A DNA stretch of 64,000 nt from Turneriella sp. GTDB lineage: Bacteria > Spirochaetota > Leptospiria > Turneriellales > Turneriellaceae. Below, in pieces: positions 53,522 to 62,175 of the stretch. The first letter of the stretch is position 1, and each line of letters starts with the position of its first letter. Position numbers and translations under genes: made by a program. The stretch lies in contig CBDIID010000003.1 in assembly GCA_965279515.1 (NCBI GenBank), positions 2,144,001 through 2,208,000 of the forward strand. Direction: 5' to 3'. The notes under the pieces were generated by a model that was given only the letters and a program-made list of their open reading frames with translations, ran no database searches and had not been told where the DNA came from.

Positions 53522-55333
53522 TTAGCGGCGGCGCCCGTCGCCTTTTTTATTACCGCCGCCTGGCCGACGACGGCCGCGGCCACCGCCACGGCGCTTATCG
53601 CCTCTGCCTTCGGCGCGTCCAGCCCCGCCGCCATGGGTTTCTTGCTCGAGAATGCGGCGCGTGCGCTCCGAAATCTGTGGCTGGCTTTTTTTACTGGTGA
53701 AGAGTGCTTTAATGGAGCCCATTAGGCGGCCGAAGAAGCCGGCCTTTTTAGCGCCGCGTGAAACAATGGCAAATTCTTCGCGCTTGTTCTGGCGCTCACG
53801 CCCGCTGTTCTTCTGGTCGTGGCGACCCGCACCACCCTGGCCACCACGCCCTTTGCGTGAATCGAAGTAAGCACCGTCGCGTTGTTTGTCGCGCTGTCCG
53901 CCTGCTTCCGGGCGCTGGGCGCCACGTGCCTGCTGCTGCCCCTGTTCGCGGCGCGGGCGTTCTTCACGCCCTGGCTGTTTGTCGCGCCCGCGGTTTTCAC
54001 CGCGACCACGCGCACCACCGCGTGCTGCGCCACGTTCGCCGCGCTGTGCACCGCGCTCGCCACGACGGCCGTCTCTGCCACTCGCTGAGTCGCGCCCGCG
54101 ACCGGAGCGAAGATGATCTGCACCATCCTGGCGTGCGACCTGCACAATGCGCACAAAGCTGGTGTTTTCAATAAAACGCTGCTCGGGCTGCGCCACGGGA
54201 ATTTTATATTTCAGATAACGTTCGAGTTTTGTGAGCGAGTCATAATCAAACTCAGAGCTAAAACTCATCGCCTTGCCGGTTTTGCCGGCACGCGCTGTGC
54301 GGCCGATGCGGTGCACGTAAGTTTCAGAATCCATCGGGATATCGTAATTCACCACGAGCTGGATATCCTCAATGTGCAAACCCCGGCTCGCCACGTCGGT
54401 GGCGACGAGCACACGGAATTTGTTTTCTTTGAAATCGTCGAGAATTCTCAGGCGGCGGTTCTGCGTCACCATGCTGCTCAAACCCTCGGCGGGGATATTG
54501 TGGTGATTCAGGTTTTTAACCAGAACGTCAACATACTGGCGGCTGTTAGTAAAAATAATAACGGGCTCGAGTTTGTTGGCTTCGAGAAACTGAATCAGGT
54601 AAGGCAGTTTTTCATCCTGCCCCAGGTGCAGCATCTCTTGCTCGATCGAGGCGTGGTCGATGAGTTCGGGATTGATGAGAATCTCTTCTGGCTCACGCAT
54701 GAATTCCCAGACAGAGTAAAGAGCACTGAAGTTGATGGTTGCTGAGAACAGGGAGAACTGGCGCTCTTCGTTTTCATTCGCCGAGCACTTCGAGAGAATC
54801 TTGCGTACGTCGTCGATGAAACCCATGTCGAGCATGCGGTCGGCCTCATCGAGCACGATGCGCACGACGTTTTTCAGATTGATCTCGTTACCGCGCAAAA
54901 AGTCGAGCAGCCGCCCCGGTGTTGCCACGACGAGGTGAGGCCCTTGGGCGATTTCGCGGCGCTGCTTGTCATGGTCGACGCCGCCAAAAATTGTGGTGAG
55001 CTTAAGGCCGGCTGCTTCGGCAAAAAAGTCAGCTTCGTCGGCGATCTGCACAACGAGTTCGCGGGTGGGCGCAAGCACGAGCGCTACCGGGCCCGGGTTT
55101 TCTTCGGCCGGGGCATCGGCCCCCCGCGCTTCGGCGCGGCTGTAGACATATTGCATGATCGGTAAGAGGTAGGCGAGTGTTTTGCCTGAACCGGTTTTCG
55201 CGCAGGCGATGAGGTCGCGGTTGTTCATCGCGAGGGGAATGGTTTCTGCCTGAATCGGAGTGGGTTCTGGAAAGCCCTTCTCGGCAAGCCGCTTTTGGAT
55301 GGGCTCGGAGAGCTTTAAATCAGTGAATAGCAC
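53522..55333 (-). CDS. DEAD-box RNA helicase with long Arg/Gly-rich C-terminal tail
   Basis: PTPIQ, AKTGSGKT, PTREL, TPGRL, DEAD, SAT, SRGLH, HRIGRTARAG. Confidence 0.95.
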   Translation of the reverse strand: MLFTDLKLSEPIQKRLAEKGFPEPTPIQAETIPLAMNNRDLIACAKTGSGKTLAYLLPIMQYVYSRAEARGADAPAEENPGPVALVLAPTRELVVQIADEADFFAEAAGLKLTTIFGGVDHDKQRREIAQGPHLVVATPGRLLDFLRGNEINLKNVVRIVLDEADRMLDMGFIDDVRKILSKCSANENEERQFSLFSATINFSALYSVWEFMREPEEILINPELIDHASIEQEMLHLGQDEKLPYLIQFLEANKLEPVIIFTNSRQYVDVLVKNLNHHNIPAEGLSSMVTQNRRLRILDDFKENKFRVLVATDVASRGLHIEDIQLVVNYDIPMDSETYVHRIGRTARAGKTGKAMSFSSEFDYDSLTKLERYLKYKIPVAQPEQRFIENTSFVRIVQVARQDGADHLRSGRGRDSASGRDGRRGERGAQRGERGAARGGARGRGENRGRDKQPGREERPRREQGQQQARGAQRPEAGGQRDKQRDGAYFDSRKGRGGQGGAGRHDQKNSGRERQNKREEFAIVSRGAKKAGFFGRLMGSIKALFTSKKSQPQISERTRRILEQETHGGGAGRAEGRGDKRRGGGRGRRRPGGGNKKGDGRRR

Positions 55334-55415
55334 AGGTTTCTTTCGGCGTCAGAGACAGGGGGTCAATGAAGATATATTCTGGTTTTCGCCCCGATTCCAC
55401 GGTTAAAATAACGCC

Positions 55416-56162
55416 ATGAGCCGGTTTGCAGACCACTTCTCGACGCAGGCGGGCGCCTACGCGGAGTTCCGCCCGGTTTACCCCAAAGCCCTGTTCGAAT
55501 GGCTGTCTTCACTCTGCGCCAGCCATGACCTCGCCTGGGATGCGGCGACGGGCAACGGTCAGGCAGCCGAGGCGCTGGCTCCGTATTTTAAATCGGTTTT
55601 TGCCACCGACGCCAGCGCCAAGCAGATCGGCGAGGCAAAACCACACGATAATATCCGCTACGCAGTAGAACCCGCTGATCTGTCTTCGCTGGGCGACAAA
55701 ACCTGTGATCTCGTCACAGTGGCCCAGGCGCTGCACTGGTTCGCGAACGATAATTTTTACAACGAAGTCAAACGCGTCGCTAAAAACCAGGGTATCTTCG
55801 CCGCCTGGGGTTACGGCATCCATTCGATTGAACCGGTTATCGACGATATTGTCGGCAAATATTACGGCTATATCGTCGGCAAGTTCTGGCCGCCGGAGCG
55901 CATGCATGTCGAGCAGCACTACCGCTCGCTGCCGTTTCCCTTTAAGGAGATGCAGGCGCCTGACCTCGCCATCGAAGACGAATATTCGCTCGAACAATTA
56001 ACGGGGTATCTCGCTTCGTGGTCAGCCACACAGCGCTACATCAAGGAACGCAGCGAAAATCCGCTGGCGTTGATCGCCGCTGATCTTGAAAAGGCATGGG
56101 GCGATGTGCCCAAGCGGCCCATCCGCTGGCCGCTGTTTTTTAAAGTCGGAAAAGTGTCTTAA
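55416..56162 (+). CDS. Class I SAM-dependent methyltransferase
   Basis: DHFS..A..YA.FRP.YP, WDAATGNGQ, AQALHWF, SWSA. Confidence 0.9.
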   Translation: MSRFADHFSTQAGAYAEFRPVYPKALFEWLSSLCASHDLAWDAATGNGQAAEALAPYFKSVFATDASAKQIGEAKPHDNIRYAVEPADLSSLGDKTCDLVTVAQALHWFANDNFYNEVKRVAKNQGIFAAWGYGIHSIEPVIDDIVGKYYGYIVGKFWPPERMHVEQHYRSLPFPFKEMQAPDLAIEDEYSLEQLTGYLASWSATQRYIKERSENPLALIAADLEKAWGDVPKRPIRWPLFFKVGKVS

Positions 56163-56170
56163 CTGTCGGT

Positions 56171-56863
56171 TCAGGCCCACCAGCGATTCTTCAGCGGCAA
56201 AAGTTTTACGAACAGATAGACCCAGAAAAACGCAAGAAACAGCGTCATGATTTCCGGGGCATACTGCTTCATAATGCCGAGAGCGCCGAATGCAAATGCC
56301 GCGGTGAGCAGAAACGATGGCCCGCGCCTGCCCTCTTTGCGGAACAACATCACCGCGGGTAACCCCTGGAGGCCCAGCAATAACCATTTGAGCCGCGTAA
56401 AAACAATCAGCTGATCGATGTGCAGATCGATCAGGGCTTCGGTGCCCGTGTTCAGAATCTTAAAAATAGCGAGATTCTCCAGAATGTCAGAAGCCGCCGT
56501 GCCCAAAACCAATAGCGCTGTCACCAGAAGCCATCCCCAGTGGGCGCGGTGGCGAAAGGCAAGCAGCCAGGTCAGAAACAGGTAGCAGAGCGAATACGCC
56601 ATGATATAACCAAAATCAATCCATGTGCCTAAGGTAAAACCTGCGCGGATCTTCTGCCCTTTGATCGTTTGCGGATCGCCAATCACGTTCCAGATTTCGT
56701 AGGGGCTGAGCGCCATCTCGAGGCCGATAATCGGCGAGTTCACGCCCGGCTGCATGACCAGCGCGGGCTTCGTCGGCTGCACGACCACGAGCGTGACAGT
56801 GAGGGCGAAGAAGCCGCAGATCGAGATGAAGAGAGCGGTTCTCAGGCGGGCATTTTTGGACAT
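56171..56863 (-). CDS. Integral membrane protein
   Basis: Multiple TMs; SPI..LE.A, DF.YI..Y, D.LEN, KW. Confidence 0.75.
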   Translation of the reverse strand: MSKNARLRTALFISICGFFALTVTLVVVQPTKPALVMQPGVNSPIIGLEMALSPYEIWNVIGDPQTIKGQKIRAGFTLGTWIDFGYIMAYSLCYLFLTWLLAFRHRAHWGWLLVTALLVLGTAASDILENLAIFKILNTGTEALIDLHIDQLIVFTRLKWLLLGLQGLPAVMLFRKEGRRGPSFLLTAAFAFGALGIMKQYAPEIMTLFLAFFWVYLFVKLLPLKNRWWA

Positions 56864-57006
56864 GCGTGGGGATTGTGAAAGAGTATGTAGCGACAATCCA
56901 AATCTGTTTTAAAGTAGGATATCCCCCGTTGGCGCCGGTATTAACCGTTTGGTTAATTTTTTTTGCCTAAATCGGTCGTTTTCAGTACCTTACCATCGAG
57001 AAATAT

Positions 57007-58635
57007 ATGTTTAATCGTTACCTTGCGCTGTTTTCGGCGCTCCTTTCAGCCACACTGCTCTTTGCGGAAGATAAACCCGCTACCCCGGCCGCCAAACCAC
57101 CGGCAAAAGAAACACCGGCACCCGCGGCGAAGAATGAGGGTAAAGACTCCACTGAGACACCCGCCTTGGTCAAACCCGATGTGAAAAAAGCCAGCGAGGC
57201 GAGCTTCAATATCGGCGGTGTCAACCTTTCGATTCAGGATGCGATCAACATCGTACTCGAAAAGAACCTGACATTGCAGGCGGCCAAGTACGACGTCATC
57301 ATGAGCGATACCGCGGCGCGCAAGCTCGATAAAAAATTCGCTCCGGTGATCAGCGGAGAAGCGCAGCACCTGAACTTCAGTGATGCACCGTTTGCAAGTA
57401 ACAGCAAGGGCAATCAATATAACGGCTATCTCGGCATTTCAAAACTCTTTGCAACGGGTACAACCGTCGGCGGCGGTTACCGCTACCAACAGCTGCATAC
57501 CGAAGCCGGGCCGAATTTCCTGGGTGGTTATTCGCCTGCAACAACAAGCACCTTTAACGGATATTTTATTAACGTGCAACAAGAGCTGCTGAAAAACTCA
57601 TTTGGCTATGCTGACCGCAAAATGGAAAAAATCGCCAACAAACAGGCAGAGGGCCAGCGTGCATACACGGTCAACCTGCTCTCAGCCCTCGTCGTGCAGG
57701 CGCTCACAGACTACTGGCAGGTAACGATCCAAAAGTTCGCACTCGAAAACGCGAAACTCGAAGAAAAGTCGAACCGCCAGGTACGCGCCATCGTCGCCCG
57801 TAACGTCAGTTACGGTCTGGGCGAAGGTTATGATCTCAACAACTATAACGCACGCGTGGCAAATTCTGTAGCTAAGGTCGCGATGACCGAACAAAGTCTC
57901 AAGAACGCGACGCGCAAGTTATTGCGCACCGTCAACATGCCCGTCGAAACCAAGATCGAAGGCATTACCAATCTTGTGGATGTACTCCCAAGTCTGGACG
58001 GCAATGCCGCTCTCAAAGCCGCCATGGAGAAACGTGTCGACTTCAGAAACGCCAAGATTGAGCTTGAAGTCGCGGAACTGCAGACAGACCTCTACGGCAA
58101 TCAGGCTCTGCCTTCCTTAAGTGCATATTTCAACCTCGTATCGCAAGGTACTAATCAGTTTATCCAGTTTCCCGGCGTACCGATCGCCAGCGCGCTGCAG
58201 AGCCCGCAATGGCAGGTAGGGGTTAAGGCTTCATACCCGCTCTGGGACGAAGAAGTCAAAGTAAACCAGCGCAACGCCGGCATGCAACTCTCTCAGAGCC
58301 GCATCAAAATGCAGAACATCGAACAGGAAATCCGCGACGATGTGCTGACACGCCTGGAGAACGTGCGCCTGACCTTCGAGATTTTTCAAACCAGCCGCAC
58401 CTCGCGCAAAGAATCAGAAGCCTTCTATAGCCGCATGCTTGCGCGCACCCGCACAGGTAAGCTCAACTTTCAGCTCGTGGGCCAAGCGCTGGAAAACATG
58501 GTCGCCAACCGCCAAAGAGAACTCGAATCTCTGGTAAATTACAACATAGCTCTGCTGCAATTTGACCTCGCGAAGAATGAAATCTTCGAACGCTACGGCG
58601 TAGACGTAGAGAAAATTCTCGAGAAGGTGAAATAA
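57007..58635 (+). CDS. TolC family outer membrane protein
   Basis: Signal, P/A/K linker, LSIQDAI...LEKN, Q.LLKN.FG, A..KRVD, LPSL OEP repeats. Confidence 0.88.
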   Translation: MFNRYLALFSALLSATLLFAEDKPATPAAKPPAKETPAPAAKNEGKDSTETPALVKPDVKKASEASFNIGGVNLSIQDAINIVLEKNLTLQAAKYDVIMSDTAARKLDKKFAPVISGEAQHLNFSDAPFASNSKGNQYNGYLGISKLFATGTTVGGGYRYQQLHTEAGPNFLGGYSPATTSTFNGYFINVQQELLKNSFGYADRKMEKIANKQAEGQRAYTVNLLSALVVQALTDYWQVTIQKFALENAKLEEKSNRQVRAIVARNVSYGLGEGYDLNNYNARVANSVAKVAMTEQSLKNATRKLLRTVNMPVETKIEGITNLVDVLPSLDGNAALKAAMEKRVDFRNAKIELEVAELQTDLYGNQALPSLSAYFNLVSQGTNQFIQFPGVPIASALQSPQWQVGVKASYPLWDEEVKVNQRNAGMQLSQSRIKMQNIEQEIRDDVLTRLENVRLTFEIFQTSRTSRKESEAFYSRMLARTRTGKLNFQLVGQALENMVANRQRELESLVNYNIALLQFDLAKNEIFERYGVDVEKILEKVK

Positions 58636-58725
58636 CTTTGGCATCACCGGTGCTGTGGAAAGATATGAAAGAAACGCAAAAGGCACCGGCGCTTGACGCC
58701 CGAAACCGCGTAAGGATTATGTCGC

Positions 58726-59130
58726 ATGCATACTCTGGTTAAATACTTCCGGACGATGCCACCGGTCGCGCTGATCGGCGCGAGCAACGACTCTACCAAA
58801 TACGGCAATATCATCTTCAAAGATCTCAAATCGAAGGGATACACTGTTTACCCGATCAATCCCAAGGCGACGTCGATCGAAGGCGTGCCGGCGCTGAAAT
58901 CTCTCGAAGAGCTGAAAGAGCAGACGCAGGTCGATTTGCTTGTATTTGTGATTCCCCCGGCGCTGACGCTCGAGAGCCTCAAAAAAGCCAAGGAACTGGG
59001 TTATAAAAAGGTTTGGCTTCAGCCCGGTGCGGCTGATGCGGCGGTCGCCGAGTACCTCGACACCAACGACTTTCAGTACATCATCGGTGCCTGCGTGATG
59101 GTTGAGAGCCGCGATTTAGTCGCGGTTTGA
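58726..59130 (+). CDS. CoA-binding protein
   Basis: VALIGASND..KYG, GYTVYPINP, VWLQPGA, ACVMV. Confidence 0.9.
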   Translation: MHTLVKYFRTMPPVALIGASNDSTKYGNIIFKDLKSKGYTVYPINPKATSIEGVPALKSLEELKEQTQVDLLVFVIPPALTLESLKKAKELGYKKVWLQPGAADAAVAEYLDTNDFQYIIGACVMVESRDLVAV

Positions 59131-59151
59131 TCTAAAAAAATACTTAGCCTG

Positions 59152-59937
59152 TTACGGTAACGTTTTAGTAAAACGGGTACCTAATTGAATACCGTAAATA
59201 TCGACCGCAGAAGCGCTGACCGCTAGAGTATACGAGCCAGTCGGCCCGACTTTCGCAACAATTGTATAATTCCCGTTGCCATTGGAGTTAATTGTCGGCG
59301 GCCCGCTAAGGCTGTTGCAATCACCCGGAACATTATTATCCGATAAAAGAAAAATCGCACTGCAATTACCCGTATCAAGTGACGACCCGACATTTGTTAT
59401 GTTGCGTGAAAGATTTAGTGTAATAAATATAGCTCCACCCGTAAAAGTAGTTGGTGATGCCGTCACTGAAAGAACACTCAACTCCGAACCCGAAGGTACA
59501 CCACTCTTGAAGGGAAAAGTCTGATCTGCACCGAAGGCCACTCCGCGAAAATCTGTGACTGCGCCCTTAATGGTAATGACATAATTGGTGTTCGGATCCA
59601 GATCAGCGGAAGGATTTACCACCAGAACAGAATTTCTGTTTTCGATGGAGTTTAAGGTGAGAGCCTCACACTGACCTGTACGATTATTAAACAGTTGTAT
59701 GTTTCCGGTGCAGGTGCCTGCGGTATCAATAGTCAAACTTGTAGCATCCATCGGATTGTTAAACTTTATCTTAACAGGCTGGGCAAGCTTCGTCCACTCC
59801 ATACTGGTTGAAGGCGAAGTAGAAACAACCTGCGTAGTCGCCGCATAGTATTTATCGGACAGATAGTCTTCGGGCATCTGAACAGCCATACAATGGGCAA
59901 AACCCAGTATGACTCCGCCTGCGATTAATTTTTTCAT
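59152..59937 (-). CDS. Big_5 Ig-like domain lipoprotein
   Basis: GGAGG RBS, FAHC; VVSTSP, IKFNNPMD..SL, NP..DL.PNTNY, VTD..G. Confidence 0.8.
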   Translation of the reverse strand: MKKLIAGGVILGFAHCMAVQMPEDYLSDKYYAATTQVVSTSPSTSMEWTKLAQPVKIKFNNPMDATSLTIDTAGTCTGNIQLFNNRTGQCEALTLNSIENRNSVLVVNPSADLDPNTNYVITIKGAVTDFRGVAFGADQTFPFKSGVPSGSELSVLSVTASPTTFTGGAIFITLNLSRNITNVGSSLDTGNCSAIFLLSDNNVPGDCNSLSGPPTINSNGNGNYTIVAKVGPTGSYTLAVSASAVDIYGIQLGTRFTKTLP

Positions 59938-59954
59938 AAATCCTCCGTTCCATT

Positions 59955-62048
59955 TCATATAAATTGCTTCCCGACGCCGAAGTTGAAACTCCAGATCATC
60001 ATATTCTGCCCGCCTGAATAAAAATAGAAATCGGGGCCGGTCTTAAAAAGAAATTTCAAACTCGGCGTGTAATCGTACTGCAGAATCGCGCCGATTGAAA
60101 CCAGCGGCGAGAAACCGGCGGATAAGGTTCCACCGCCGCTGCGCCAAAGGTTCTGGTACGACATGCCGAACCCCGCGTAGGGCAGAAGCTCGAGTTTGTA
60201 CGGTAGCGGTACCGGATAGGCGGCGAAGGCAACCAGATCGGTGCGGATCATATTCGTCTTAACCGTATCGGTCGAAGTTTCACCGGAGAATTGCTGCACG
60301 GCCAGCGTCGCCGAGGCTGTCGAAAAATTCACCTGGGCACCGAACAGCAGGTTGTAGGGTAGCAGATTTTTTATCTGGTAAACCGCCGACACGGCAAAGA
60401 GCGACGACATTTGCCCGACGGGAAAATTTTCATTCACCTGCAATGTATCCGCACTTTTGCCGAAGCTACCCATCGCGGGGTAACCCAGATAACCCGAGAC
60501 CTGGTGTTCAAGCGCCTTACTGCAACGCACCTTCACATCGATCGTCGTCGCATCGCCCAGCTTAGCCGGCTCGCCGATCTTGCAGCTCTGCGCCGGCAGT
60601 TTGGGCAGGCTGACGACGCTCAGATCGAAAGCCTGGAGATCTTCGACGCGCATCTGAAACTTTTGCTCGCCCAGCGCGGACACTTTCATTTCTTCTTTGC
60701 CGTCGAGCGACAACAAAAGTTCGCCGCCATAGAAGTCGGTGGTTTTTACAAGCACCGGCACTGTTTCGGTAATGCAGGTAATCAGAATTTCAATGTTCTT
60801 GAACGTCACAGACCCCGCGGCGTTACGCACGTGGCAAATCTGACGGGGTTCTTTGGGGTTTTTCTTCACCGTCAGGTTATACTGCTCGCCGGTTTTAAAC
60901 AGTTTGCCGAAATCCTTTGTGCTCTCACCGGGATTCACGCTGAAAGAGCTGCCGCCGAATTCGAGTACGAGACCCGCACCCTTGAGGCCGGCGATCTGCG
61001 CCGTGACGGCAAATTCAAGACCTTTGAGGTTACTTAAGATCGCCTTTTGTAATTTCTCCGCAGTGGCATCGCTGTCTTTCAATTCTTCACGCAGCGTGAA
61101 GAGGGTTTTTGCTAACTGCGCGTGATACGCCGAGACCGTGAGATACTTCTTCTTGCCGTCTGCGACAAGCTGCGGCCAGAACACGATGTCGGTCTTGAGC
61201 GCCGCTGCAGCATCGGCAAAAAACCGGGGATTCCCCTGGCCATCCCAATTCGCACCTTGCGCATACGCATTGACACTTTTACCTGAGACCTGGATACCGT
61301 AATTTTCTTCGCGGACGCTTGCGGCCGTCTTTTTGTAAAGCCCGGCCAATGCCTTATTTTTTTTGTCTGCCGCCGCAACCGGCAGCCACGCCATGCGCAG
61401 CGTCGCCGCGGTCTGGATCGAACCCGTCTCTTCGTCATCCGATTCCGTTTCGACGGTAATTTTTTTGAATTCGGCAATCACGTTTTCCGCCGAGGTATTG
61501 ATCGCCTCGAACAGCGAAGCATCGAGGTTCGGTTTGAGTTCAGGCAATTCTGCCGTACGGTTTTCATTCACGTAATAGACATAGGTGCGCATGCTGATCT
61601 GCGTCACCTCGTTCTCAGGCGCTGGTTGTCCTGGCGCACCGACGCCATCCGTGCCGGCGCCCGGCCCTGCACCTCCTGTGCTTTTGCCTGGCGCACGAAC
61701 CGGTTTTTCAATAATGCCGTATGAACCGTAGATGAGGATATCCGCCTTCAAGGCTACGGCAATGCGCAACAGGTTATTCTTTTCAGGCACTTTGCGCGGA
61801 TCAAAGATACCGATTTTGGCAAGATCGTCGAGCGCCGTCTTGACCTTGTCTTCTGAGATGCGCTGGTATGAGAATTTCTTTTTCAGGGAATCATCGATCG
61901 CCGAAGAGAGCGATCCGCCGAGGTAACCCGCGCTCTCGACATTGCCGGTAAAATGCACCATGCCGATACGCGCCAGTTCTGCCCGTGCCGGCGAATACCC
62001 GGCCATCAGCCCGGCCAATAAAAGTATGAAGCGTGTCAGGTTTTTCAT
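59955..62048 (-). CDS. Large multidomain protein with two Cys-containing Ig-like repeats and C-terminal OM beta-barrel
   Basis: Signal ARA|E; GL.G.GLVL..Y.LTV..P..P.Q.C repeats; ends WSFNFGVGKQFI. Confidence 0.7.
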   Translation of the reverse strand: MKNLTRFILLLAGLMAGYSPARAELARIGMVHFTGNVESAGYLGGSLSSAIDDSLKKKFSYQRISEDKVKTALDDLAKIGIFDPRKVPEKNNLLRIAVALKADILIYGSYGIIEKPVRAPGKSTGGAGPGAGTDGVGAPGQPAPENEVTQISMRTYVYYVNENRTAELPELKPNLDASLFEAINTSAENVIAEFKKITVETESDDEETGSIQTAATLRMAWLPVAAADKKNKALAGLYKKTAASVREENYGIQVSGKSVNAYAQGANWDGQGNPRFFADAAAALKTDIVFWPQLVADGKKKYLTVSAYHAQLAKTLFTLREELKDSDATAEKLQKAILSNLKGLEFAVTAQIAGLKGAGLVLEFGGSSFSVNPGESTKDFGKLFKTGEQYNLTVKKNPKEPRQICHVRNAAGSVTFKNIEILITCITETVPVLVKTTDFYGGELLLSLDGKEEMKVSALGEQKFQMRVEDLQAFDLSVVSLPKLPAQSCKIGEPAKLGDATTIDVKVRCSKALEHQVSGYLGYPAMGSFGKSADTLQVNENFPVGQMSSLFAVSAVYQIKNLLPYNLLFGAQVNFSTASATLAVQQFSGETSTDTVKTNMIRTDLVAFAAYPVPLPYKLELLPYAGFGMSYQNLWRSGGGTLSAGFSPLVSIGAILQYDYTPSLKFLFKTGPDFYFYSGGQNMMIWSFNFGVGKQFI

Positions 62049-62175
62049 CTCGAATCGCTGCCAGCAGAGCACAAAAACAAGGTTTTGTCAACGGCACTCG
62101 GCGCAGCTTTGGCCTGCGCTTTCAGGCAGGTTTTCGGATTGTCTGCGTGAATCCATTCGCCCTGTTCACAGCCGG

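Noticed and set aside
53522..54120. GC-rich low-complexity DNA as a repeat element
   Set aside because: Explained by Arg/Gly codons of the helicase tail
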